Positions 8,439-16,577 of a stretch of 64,000 nt of DNA are shown here, piece after piece. The stretch spans positions 945-64,944 of the forward strand of contig JAFQGI010000038.1 in NCBI GenBank assembly GCA_017415515.1, in the 5' to 3' direction. Origin of the DNA: Clostridia bacterium. Its GTDB lineage: Bacteria; Bacillota; Clostridia; Oscillospirales; Acutalibacteraceae. Within the stretch, counting starts at the first letter, position 1. Every line of letters starts with the position of its first letter. Below the pieces are notes generated by a model. That model was not told where the DNA came from, did not search any database, and worked only from the letters and a program-made list of their open reading frames with translations. Position numbers and translations under genes: made by a program.

Positions 8439-11400
8439 ATGATGAAAACACGCAAACTATTGGCACTGCTTATGTCCCTATTATTGGTTCTGACGTTGAC
8501 CCCCTTCTCCGTAACGGCGGAGGACACCTCCCGTCTGCTGATCATTACCGATGACGACGCCGCCTCGGGCGAGGGTTGGACGTGGGAGAATAACGTCCTC
8601 ACCCTTTCTGCGGACGTGGCGGCGGATGCCGTCCGCATCGATAGCGGCGTCACCTCCGCTAAGGTGGTGCTGGAGGGTAACGTCACCCTCAACAGCGCCG
8701 CGCTGGACGGCGTTTCCGCGTTGCAGGCCGCCTGCGATCTGGAGATCGACGCCGGCGACTATACCCTGACCCTCTACTCCGGCAACGCCGTGGTGCTGGC
8801 GGCGGCGCAAGCCCTCATCCTCTCCGGCGGTCGGGTATACACCCGGTCGGGGAGCAACCATTACCGCGACGTATCCGTTGCCGACGGCAACCTGACCGTC
8901 ACCGACGCCACGCTGGTCTCACGCATCGGCGGCATCTACGCCCGCGGCTCTCTGGTGGCGACCAACGCCCACGTATCCGGCTCCTGCCTAAGCGAGGAGG
9001 ACGACGAGACGGCGGGCATCCGCATCCGCGGCGGCGTCACCGCCACCGATTCCACCCTATACGCCAATTCCTCGTGGTGCGGTATGGTGTGCGGCTCCTT
9101 CACCGTGGACAACTGCGAGATCAGCCTCTACGGCAGCGCCGAGCACGGCTCGCTGCGGGTCGATTACAGAGAAGGCCCGTATGTCAACACCTCCTGCATC
9201 TCTATCACCAATATGCATATGTATGACGAAAAGACCGAGGATAACCCCTACGGCTACGAGTATGCGGTGGAGGTCTTTAACGACGGCACCTATTATTGGG
9301 CCGAAATGACCCTGGACGGCGAGCAAGGCTGGTCCATCGAGGGCTTCCCCGCCAACCCCCTGATCCCCGCCGAGGGCAAGGTGAAGGAGCTGGTGGTGGG
9401 CGGCGTCAACGCCCTGAAATATCCTCAGGGTGAGGGCTGGAGCTTCAACGCCGAGAGCGGCGTTCTGACGCTGGATAACTGCACCATCACCGAGAACTAC
9501 GTATCCTGCTACGACAGCACCGATAAAGACGCGCTCATCTACTACCGCGGCGCTCTCACCATCGAGCTGGTGGGCGACAACTATCTGGAGCGGACGGTGG
9601 AGTACGAGCCCGCCTACGACAGCACCCAGTTTGCCGCCATCTACGGCGATTACTACTACGACGGCGAAGGGGACACCGACAGCCCCCTGACCATTCAGGG
9701 TACCGGCCATCTGACGGCGGGCGTCACCTTTGTAGAGGGCGCCGAGGAGTGGTGGCTGTCCTGCCAGCAGTTCGCCATCTGCGCCGTGGCTGACCTCAGC
9801 GGTCTCCGCGACGGCGGCTCCGCCTCCGTCTATTGCGGCGTTGCCAACGTCCCCCGCGCGGGGATGTTCCGCGCCTTCTGGTGCTCCCCCTCCTACGGCG
9901 ACGTGATGATGCTGGTCTTTAACGACATTGAGGGCGCCGATGAGAACCCCGACGGCTTCAACTGGAACAACAACGACGCCTGGCGCGCCGAGTTTATCAC
10001 CGGCGAGCACTATCTCACCGCCGGCGGCAAGCTGATCCTCAACGGCAATACGAACGCCTCCGGCAACGGCTGGGCGTGGGCGGACAACGTGCTGACCCTG
10101 GCCGCCGACACCCCTGTCACCTCCCTGGTGATCACCGACAAGGTGGACGAGGCCACCGTGGTGCTGGCCGGCGACCTGACCCTCAAGGCGGACGGCGGCG
10201 GCTACGGCTCCACCGCCATTCAGGCCGCCTGCGACCTGACCATCGACCTGAACGACTACAACTTGACCGTGACGGCGCTGGACGGCGCCTCCGCCTATAT
10301 CTTCGCCACCGAGCCGGGCGATATGACCATCCAAAACGGTCGCCTGACGGTGCATACCGCCCCCTACGATACGGAGTGGGCGGAGCAGATGGGCAGCGAG
10401 TATGAAATGGGCATTCGCCACATCGTCGCCGCCGGCAGTATGACCCTCAAGGACGTGAACATTCAGGCTCCCTACACCGGCTTTGTCGCCACCGATCTGG
10501 AGGTGGAGCTGGACTATGACGAGGAAACGGGCGAAACCACCTACGCCTACTACGACGGCGGCCCCCTGACCCTGGATAACGTCACCATCGTCAGCAGCGA
10601 TCTGTACGGCCAGACGGGCGTCTCCATCCACAACTCCAAGGTGAACGCGACGAGCAGCGAATACAGCGCCATCGGATGCAGCTACTCGGAGGAATCCTCC
10701 ACCATTTATATGGCGGACAGCACCGTTTGTGCCGCCTGCACCTCCGAGTGGGGATGGGTGCTGGAAGCCAACGCCGTGGTGATGGACAACTGTCAGGTGA
10801 TGTTCAGCGGCGCCACCATCTATCGGGGTGACACCGCCGACAGCGTGACCATGACCAATATGACCATCACCGACCCCGCCGAGTGCATCTTCGGCGAGAC
10901 GACCGACTACTACGGCGACGTCGTCTACGCCTTCTTAGACGCCTATGGTGAGCAGCTCACCTATCTGTCCAATATGAACTATTCTCTGCAGCAGAGCCGT
11001 CTGATCCTCAAGGATGACCGGCCCCTCAGCGGCAACGGCTGGAGCTGGAAGAATCACGTGCTGACCCTGGCCGAGGGCTCCGAGGTCAAGGCGGTGAAGT
11101 TCCCCGCCGAACTGGGTTATGCCAAGCTGGTGCTCATCGGCGACGTGACGCTGGACACCCGCGGTATGGAGCAGGAGAATTACAAGTACGTCCCCGCCAT
11201 CGAGGCACACTGCGACCTGGAGATCGACGCCGGTGACCGCACCCTGACCCTGCGGGGTTACGGCAACGGCATCACCATGCGCTTTGCCGACCTGACGATT
11301 ACCGGCGGCACGGTGGACATCGCCACCGAACAGAGCTACAATCCGCCTCTGGCCATCGAGAGCGTGGGCGGCGGCGTCACCATCGCGGACACCACCCTCA

Positions 11401-12422
11401 CCACCGACTGGGAGATCGCTCTCAACGTCGGCTGGGACGAGGCGGGGGTGGAGCACCTCTCCGGCGATCTGGTAATCCGCCACTCCGTGGTGGATACCCA
11501 CGAGGGCTTCTACGTATCGGACGGCGGTCTGACGGTGTCCAACACCACCCTGACCATGACGGTGAACTATACCGGCACAGGCGTGCACGGGGACATCCTG
11601 TTCACCGACAGCATCGTCACCGTGTCCTCCAACGAGGACAGCGCGGGCTATCTGTTTACCTCCGATCACGGCACGCTGACCTTTGATAACTGCGATCTGA
11701 CGCTGTCCTGCGGCGAGTCGCTGTTCCGCACCTGGTATTATTACGAGGACTCCACCCCCGGCTCCCACTCCGCCCCCAATATGGAGTCCATCCGCTTTGA
11801 AAATATGACCATCCTCACACCGGAGAGCTACACCATCGTGGACGTGCGCGGGACGGATCCTAACGGCTACTACTGCGGTCATACCGAGCTGGCCGGCGCC
11901 GACGGCACCTACGCCACCTACCTGACCGCCACGGCAAACGACACGCTCTGCCAGCACGTATACGACCACCACTACGACAGCGACTGCAACCTGTGCGGCA
12001 CCGTCCGCGAGGTCACCGATCCTCAGGAGGAGATCACCAATAACGGCGGCTCGCTGTCGGCGCAGGTCAACGGCGTGGCTTCCCTGTTCAATATGGAAGT
12101 TCAGGGCATGGAGGTGGAGAGTGGCACCGGTGTGGCGGATTATTCCTTCGCCACCCTGGATGGCTACAAGCTGCTGGAGATGGGTACCGTCGCCTCCAAC
12201 GGCGTGGCTTCCGTGACGGTTCCCATCCGCTATGTGTATCGTGTGGAGGACGATTTCGTGTATTACGCGGTGCGCGTGATCAACGTGCCCGAGGATCATT
12301 TCGACACGCCGATCCACTTCCTGCCGTATTTCGTCATCGAGGTCAACGGCGAGGCCGTCACCTTGTACGGCGAGGAGTACGTCACTTCGTATAACGAACT
12401 GCAGACTGTTGCATTCAAATAA
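8439..12422 (+). CDS. Very large secreted repeat protein (beta-helix/adhesin-like) with one HC3 knuckle and a conserved C-terminal domain
   Basis: Start at MMKTRKLLALLMSLLLVLTLTPFSVTAED (signal peptide; AGAAAGG RBS). Four internal modules are headed by SG(E/N)GW.W..NVLTL (about 8566, 9424, 10059, 11028). Then CQHVYDHHYDSDCNLCGTVREV, followed by about 130 aa homologous to the C-terminus of 40045..42594. Confidence 0.85.
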   Translation: MMKTRKLLALLMSLLLVLTLTPFSVTAEDTSRLLIITDDDAASGEGWTWENNVLTLSADVAADAVRIDSGVTSAKVVLEGNVTLNSAALDGVSALQAACDLEIDAGDYTLTLYSGNAVVLAAAQALILSGGRVYTRSGSNHYRDVSVADGNLTVTDATLVSRIGGIYARGSLVATNAHVSGSCLSEEDDETAGIRIRGGVTATDSTLYANSSWCGMVCGSFTVDNCEISLYGSAEHGSLRVDYREGPYVNTSCISITNMHMYDEKTEDNPYGYEYAVEVFNDGTYYWAEMTLDGEQGWSIEGFPANPLIPAEGKVKELVVGGVNALKYPQGEGWSFNAESGVLTLDNCTITENYVSCYDSTDKDALIYYRGALTIELVGDNYLERTVEYEPAYDSTQFAAIYGDYYYDGEGDTDSPLTIQGTGHLTAGVTFVEGAEEWWLSCQQFAICAVADLSGLRDGGSASVYCGVANVPRAGMFRAFWCSPSYGDVMMLVFNDIEGADENPDGFNWNNNDAWRAEFITGEHYLTAGGKLILNGNTNASGNGWAWADNVLTLAADTPVTSLVITDKVDEATVVLAGDLTLKADGGGYGSTAIQAACDLTIDLNDYNLTVTALDGASAYIFATEPGDMTIQNGRLTVHTAPYDTEWAEQMGSEYEMGIRHIVAAGSMTLKDVNIQAPYTGFVATDLEVELDYDEETGETTYAYYDGGPLTLDNVTIVSSDLYGQTGVSIHNSKVNATSSEYSAIGCSYSEESSTIYMADSTVCAACTSEWGWVLEANAVVMDNCQVMFSGATIYRGDTADSVTMTNMTITDPAECIFGETTDYYGDVVYAFLDAYGEQLTYLSNMNYSLQQSRLILKDDRPLSGNGWSWKNHVLTLAEGSEVKAVKFPAELGYAKLVLIGDVTLDTRGMEQENYKYVPAIEAHCDLEIDAGDRTLTLRGYGNGITMRFADLTITGGTVDIATEQSYNPPLAIESVGGGVTIADTTLTTDWEIALNVGWDEAGVEHLSGDLVIRHSVVDTHEGFYVSDGGLTVSNTTLTMTVNYTGTGVHGDILFTDSIVTVSSNEDSAGYLFTSDHGTLTFDNCDLTLSCGESLFRTWYYYEDSTPGSHSAPNMESIRFENMTILTPESYTIVDVRGTDPNGYYCGHTELAGADGTYATYLTATANDTLCQHVYDHHYDSDCNLCGTVREVTDPQEEITNNGGSLSAQVNGVASLFNMEVQGMEVESGTGVADYSFATLDGYKLLEMGTVASNGVASVTVPIRYVYRVEDDFVYYAVRVINVPEDHFDTPIHFLPYFVIEVNGEAVTLYGEEYVTSYNELQTVAFK

Positions 12423-12430
12423 GCATAAAT

Positions 12431-12476
12431 AAACCGCAGGCGGTTGATGACAAGCATCAACCGCCTGCGGTTTTAT
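12431..12476. terminator. Strong bidirectional terminator
   Basis: AACCGCAGGCGGTTGATG-acaag-CATCAACCGCCTGCGGTT, an 18-bp perfect stem, followed by TTTT. Confidence 0.75.
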
Positions 12477-12589
12477 ATCATCCCCATCACCCACAGCACG
12501 ATCCCATACACCACACTCGCCACCGTGCCATACGCAATCACCGGCCCGGCTATGGTAAACATTTTCGCACCTACGCCGGGAATGAATCC
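12473..12589 (-). pseudogene. Displaced native 3' end (last ~38 codons) of spoVAC; gene remnant
   Basis: The minus strand reads ..EGFIPGVGAKMFTIAGPVIAYGTVASVVYGIVLWVMGMI*. The intact SpoVAC C-terminus is ..EGFILGVGAKMFTIAGPVIVYGTVASVVYGLIYWVTTLF*. Codon usage is G+C-rich like the host. There is no start codon and no upstream part of the gene. Confidence 0.7.
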
Positions 12590-12632
12590 CTCTGCTGCTG
12601 TCAATATAGGACACACCATTTTTGCAAAAATA

Positions 12633-12661
12633 TTTACATTAAAACGGCGGTGTGGTATAAT
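12633..12661 (+). promoter_or_regulatory. Strong sigma-A-type promoter with extended -10 (TTTACA-17 nt-TGgTATAAT)
   Basis: -35 at 12633-12638, TG at 12653-12654, -10 at 12656-12661. It lies immediately upstream of the 161-aa ORF. Confidence 0.55.
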
Positions 12662-12683
12662 GAAATAAAGCGAGGTGTGGTAA

Positions 12684-13169
12684 ATGAAATATACTTCAAC
12701 AAATATCTTTTCGGATTTTGAGTTTCACGACGCTTATTTTAAATTAGAAAGCATCAAAGACAATACATTAACTATTTCTGTTCGATACTTGAATATCCAT
12801 AAAGGCACTGAACAAAACCCCTATAATACCGATATGGAAATTGAGATTGCACAAATCACTTTTAGCAATTTTAAATTTATTTCATTTGAACCCGGCAGAT
12901 CATGGAAACAAGATGCAAACGGAAAACTCTACACCGATGAACCACAGGTTGTTTTTGAAGGACAAGCAGCAGAAGACAAGTTGCTAAATGAACTTCGTAT
13001 TGGCTCAACTGTTTTCGAATTTGGAACACTCGAAAATGGTAACTATTATTTTGATGGTGCTGGTGATGAGCCTTGGTTCCAAGCGCAGTTCTTATTTGAT
13101 TCTGTTACAATTCAGTGGGATGCGTTTAGAAAACCAGCTTGGTATGAAGAAAGACCATTTAAAACATAG
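12684..13169 (+). CDS. Hypothetical cytoplasmic protein (161 aa) carried on the low-G+C cassette
   Basis: GAGGTG RBS 6 nt upstream, its own promoter and its own terminator. A/T-rich codons contrast with the flanks. No signal peptide or TM segment and no motif I recognise. Confidence 0.7.
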   Translation: MKYTSTNIFSDFEFHDAYFKLESIKDNTLTISVRYLNIHKGTEQNPYNTDMEIEIAQITFSNFKFISFEPGRSWKQDANGKLYTDEPQVVFEGQAAEDKLLNELRIGSTVFEFGTLENGNYYFDGAGDEPWFQAQFLFDSVTIQWDAFRKPAWYEERPFKT

Positions 13170-13204
13170 AAAAAATGCGGCACTAATTTAGTGCCGCATT
13201 TTTA
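13170..13204. terminator. Bidirectional terminator between the 161-aa ORF and spoVAC
   Basis: AAAAAATGCGGCAC-taattta-GTGCCGCATTTTT. Confidence 0.7.
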
Positions 13205-13206
13205 TA

Positions 13207-13650
13207 TTAGAACAATGTTGTAACCCAATAAATTAAGCCGTATACAACCGAAGCAACTGTACCATACACAATAACAGGTCCTGCGATGGTGAACATCTTC
13301 GCGCCGACGCCAAGGATGAATCCTTCGCTCTTAAACTCGATGGCGGGGCTGACCACCGCATTGGCGAATCCCGTGATGGGCACCAGCGTACCCGCCCCTG
13401 CGTGCTTGGCGATGTTGTCGAACACCTGCGCCACCGTCAGCACCGCCGCCAACAGGATCAGCGAGCAGGAGGTGAGTGTGCGCGCCATCTGCAGCTCCAT
13501 CCCTGCCATCACCAGCGCCTGACACTCCACCTCTGCGGCGGCACACAGCAGTCCTCCCACCATAAACGCCCACACGCAGTTTTTCATTTTTGGCGAGGGC
13601 GGCGACGCCTTCTGCGTCATCTCTTTATATTGTGCCTTGGTCGGTTTCAT
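13207..13650 (-). CDS. spoVAC: Stage V sporulation protein AC (SpoVAC); chimeric G+C profile
   Basis: MKPTKAQYKEMTQKASPPSPKMKNCVWAFMVGGLLCAAAE...ITGFANAVVSPAIEFKSEGFILGVGAKMFTIAGPVIVYGT is the SpoVAC family. The ATG at 13650 lies 8 nt after AAGGAG; the track start at 13659 is a GTG overlapping the RBS. The 3' ~115 nt are visibly A/T-richer than the 5' part. Confidence 0.9.
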   Translation of the reverse strand: MKPTKAQYKEMTQKASPPSPKMKNCVWAFMVGGLLCAAAEVECQALVMAGMELQMARTLTSCSLILLAAVLTVAQVFDNIAKHAGAGTLVPITGFANAVVSPAIEFKSEGFILGVGAKMFTIAGPVIVYGTVASVVYGLIYWVTTLF

Positions 13651-13692
13651 CCCCATCACTCCTTATCGGCGGTAGTGTACCCCAAAACCAAC

Positions 13693-13727
13693 AAAAAATG
13701 CCTGTGGCGATTGCCACAGGCATTTTT
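13693..13727 (-). terminator. Terminator after the GH38 gene, directly upstream of spoVAC
   Basis: ATGCCTGTGGC..GCCACAGGCAT hairpin flanked by A and T runs. Confidence 0.65.
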
Positions 13728-13733
13728 CATCTC

Positions 13734-16403
13734 TTACAGCTTCACATACACGGTGCGGATGGCCCAGGCAGGCATCTCCACCGCTACCGACTTGCCCTCT
13801 ACGGACAGCGCCATGGGATGACACTCTTCCAGATTGACCAGTGCCGCCTCCTGCGGCACACGGTCAAAGGTGAGGGTCGCCGTTTCCGCCGTATCGCTCA
13901 TATTGAACACACGCAGGCACAGTCCCTCGCCATCCTCCGCCACCTTGAGAGTGCTAAACACCGTATTTTCGGCATCGAGACGGTAAAAGCTGCGGTGTTC
14001 CACCGGCAAATCCTGCCAGGTGCGGTCGTCGCAATAGCGCACACCGGCTGTAAAGGCATCTGCCTTGCGTTGGATATCCGCGTCCTTATCGGTGGCAGTC
14101 AGCGGCAACAAACCGAGCTTAAATACCGACTCGCCCGGCATCTGTCCGTCCTCCGACACGTAGCCGTTGACGGCGGAGCCAAAGCAACGCAACAGCGTCA
14201 CCGCCAGCATACCCTCGGCGCCCTCAAAGGCGCCCACCTCGTGCAGACCGCCGCCACTGACAAAGGCGAGGCCACGGTTACCTTGCCGCTTATAGGCAAA
14301 GCCGCTCATGGGCTTTTCGTGCTTTTCCTTTTCCTCATAGGCATAGGTATCGAGATTCACCGCCACATTGCGCTCAGCCACATAGAAAGCCTGAGACGCC
14401 CGATAGGTGGGGGCGTCCACCCCTGTGGGCATCATCAGCCGCAGACGGTGGTCGCGGGCGGTGTTGTCCACCGTCATCTCCACCTCCACCATGGGGCTGG
14501 ACTTGGTCAAGCTCACATTTGCGGTAATTGTAAGCGCTTTCATCTCCGTATTTCTGCGCAGATCGTAGTTGCGCTCGTGATATTTCTGCATATCCGCCGG
14601 CACCCACATCTCGCTGACGATGGTAAAGGTGCATTTTGCCGCCGCATTGCAGGTGAGGGACACACTTTTGACCTGTGTCGACAGGCACACACGGTCTGCC
14701 GCAGGGCGGGCGTGCATATAGCCGTCCCCCAACTCGCCGTCATCGGCAAAGGACAACTGGCGGTCGTACACCTCGCCCGTGCGCTTGTCGGTGATGGAGA
14801 TGGTGCCATCGGCAGGGTTTACCTCCAACGCCACTAGCTCATTCTCGGCGGTATACATCCCCGTGCGCAGACTGCCCACGGGACGCACGTAGCCCTCACA
14901 GGGCACCACTCGGTATTCCGCCACACCGCCGGCAGGCAGGCTGGCCTCAAACACAATGCGGTGGCGGTCAAAGCTCTCCTGCTCACCGCAACGGATCATA
15001 CTCTTGCCCCGATTGACGCCGATGACCTGGTACGGCACTGCCTCGCCGTCCTTATCCATCAGTTTGAAGGCGTTGATCTGCTCATAGCCAAAGGGCTCTG
15101 CCCACTTTTGCTTCCAGCGGCGGTCGAAATACAGCTCTACCTCCACCGTCTCTTTCCGTGCAAAGGGCAAAGAGTTAAACACCGTCAGATAGAAATGCTC
15201 GCCACCCAACGTCCCCGAAAAGCGGCTGATGTTCTGCATGCCGTATTCCTGAATGTTGTGGCAGATCTGATCCACCTGATCGTAGCGATAGTGCATATCC
15301 CGGTGGGTGTGATCGGGAGAACACCCGCAGATGGAATCGTGAGGCTGATTCTGAATGAGATAGCGGTAGGCCAAATCGTAGAAGTTTTTCCGAATCGGCT
15401 TTTTCCCCGTCAGACGGCTCACCGCCGTGATGGGACCCGACCACTTCTCCATCTTCACCTGCCCCTCGTCGTTGCGCTTTTTCAGGTCATAGCGGCTGGA
15501 CAGCACGTTGGCGAGAATGCGGGAGAAATCCCCTCGCTTCGGATTGGGGCTGTACAGTTCCCCCTTCACCACCGGCATCTGCCCCCGATACTGCCGGAGC
15601 AGCGGCAACAGCTCGTCAGGCGAGGCGATAACCACCTCACACTCGGGATATAGCCGCTCCAAACGCTCCTTAGTGTCCAAAATGGTGCGAGCGTGCAGTT
15701 CCTTGTGGTCCTGTCCGTCCACAAACATCAGCACGGGGATGTCGGTACGCTTTCGCTCCCCCTCCACAAATTTGCGGAGGTTTTCGTCCCACTCCTCCTC
15801 CGTTGGCGGCTCCCGCCAACGGTCAAAGCAGTGGATCCGCACCCAAAACTCGCCGTAGCCGAACCAGTCGGGCAGCTTAAAGGTCACCACCTGCGACCCA
15901 TCCGGCGCCTCCCACACAAAGTGCATGGGCGCCTGTTCCTCGGTGATGCCACGCCCCAGCAGAGCGCCCTCGCAGTCAAAGCCCTTAAAGATCTGCGGCA
16001 TCTGCGCCGTGTGTCCGAAAATATCGCACACATAGCCGTAGCGCATCGGCTCCACGCCGTAGGATTTGGCGATGGAGGTGCCGATCTGCAGGTTGCGGAT
16101 GTGGCTCTCACCACTGGGTAGGAAGGCGTCGGGCATCACGTACCAAGGACCTACCTTAATCCGCCCCTCCTGCATCAGCTTCACCAGGCGCTCCTTTTGG
16201 TCGGGCGCGGCTTCCAGGAAATCCTCCAGCACGATGGTCTGCCCGTCAAAGGTGAAGGCATCAAACTCGGGATGCGCCTCCAATTTATCCATGGCATCCT
16301 CGGTCACCTTCACCAGGCGATAGCGAAATCCCTGAAAAGGCTCATACCACTCCCGATCCCAGTGGGTGGAGGACATAATGAGCACGGTAAATTTTTCACT
16401 CAT
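13734..16403 (-). CDS. GH38 alpha-mannosidase, MngB (mannosylglycerate hydrolase)-like subgroup
   Basis: The N-terminus MSEKFTVLIMSSTHWDREWYEPFQGFRYRLV...FDGQTIVLEDFLEAAPDQKERLVKLMQEGRIKVGPWYVMPD closely parallels the MngB-type GH38 N-domain. 889 aa, no signal peptide. Confidence 0.88.
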   Translation of the reverse strand: MSEKFTVLIMSSTHWDREWYEPFQGFRYRLVKVTEDAMDKLEAHPEFDAFTFDGQTIVLEDFLEAAPDQKERLVKLMQEGRIKVGPWYVMPDAFLPSGESHIRNLQIGTSIAKSYGVEPMRYGYVCDIFGHTAQMPQIFKGFDCEGALLGRGITEEQAPMHFVWEAPDGSQVVTFKLPDWFGYGEFWVRIHCFDRWREPPTEEEWDENLRKFVEGERKRTDIPVLMFVDGQDHKELHARTILDTKERLERLYPECEVVIASPDELLPLLRQYRGQMPVVKGELYSPNPKRGDFSRILANVLSSRYDLKKRNDEGQVKMEKWSGPITAVSRLTGKKPIRKNFYDLAYRYLIQNQPHDSICGCSPDHTHRDMHYRYDQVDQICHNIQEYGMQNISRFSGTLGGEHFYLTVFNSLPFARKETVEVELYFDRRWKQKWAEPFGYEQINAFKLMDKDGEAVPYQVIGVNRGKSMIRCGEQESFDRHRIVFEASLPAGGVAEYRVVPCEGYVRPVGSLRTGMYTAENELVALEVNPADGTISITDKRTGEVYDRQLSFADDGELGDGYMHARPAADRVCLSTQVKSVSLTCNAAAKCTFTIVSEMWVPADMQKYHERNYDLRRNTEMKALTITANVSLTKSSPMVEVEMTVDNTARDHRLRLMMPTGVDAPTYRASQAFYVAERNVAVNLDTYAYEEKEKHEKPMSGFAYKRQGNRGLAFVSGGGLHEVGAFEGAEGMLAVTLLRCFGSAVNGYVSEDGQMPGESVFKLGLLPLTATDKDADIQRKADAFTAGVRYCDDRTWQDLPVEHRSFYRLDAENTVFSTLKVAEDGEGLCLRVFNMSDTAETATLTFDRVPQEAALVNLEECHPMALSVEGKSVAVEMPAWAIRTVYVKL

Positions 16404-16430
16404 ATATACACCTTCTTACTATGGCTTTAA

Positions 16431-16503
16431 AAAGCCTTCCCCTTGAGGGGAAGGTGTCTGCGAAGCAGACGGATGAGGTGTAGCCGCACAGCGGCGTTAT
16501 CCT
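16431..16503. repeat. Modular GC-rich multi-hairpin intergenic repeat (copy B)
   Basis: CCTTCCCC-ttga-GGGGAAGG, GTCTGC-gaa-GCAGAC, GATGAGGTGTAGCCG-cacag-CGGCGTTA. Its reverse complement matches 54721-54767 almost exactly. Confidence 0.65.
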
Positions 16504-16507
16504 TGAC

Positions 16508-16545
16508 AAAAAGGCGGCAAATCCCAATGGGACTTGCCGCCTTTT
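16508..16545 (-). terminator. Terminator after the GH94-like gene
   Basis: AAAAGGCGGCAA..TTGCCGCCTTTT hairpin. Confidence 0.6.
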
Positions 16546-16577
16546 GCGTATCAAATCTTAGCGGCTATACTCCGCAA

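Noticed and set aside
12590-13323. Annotating the spoVAC cassette, or the left-edge low-G+C island at 1-2900, as a defined mobile element.
   Set aside because: No integrase, transposase, terminal inverted repeats or clear direct repeats beyond an 8-mer are present. Only compositional and gene-remnant evidence exists, so it is reported as a finding and not as a mobile_element feature.
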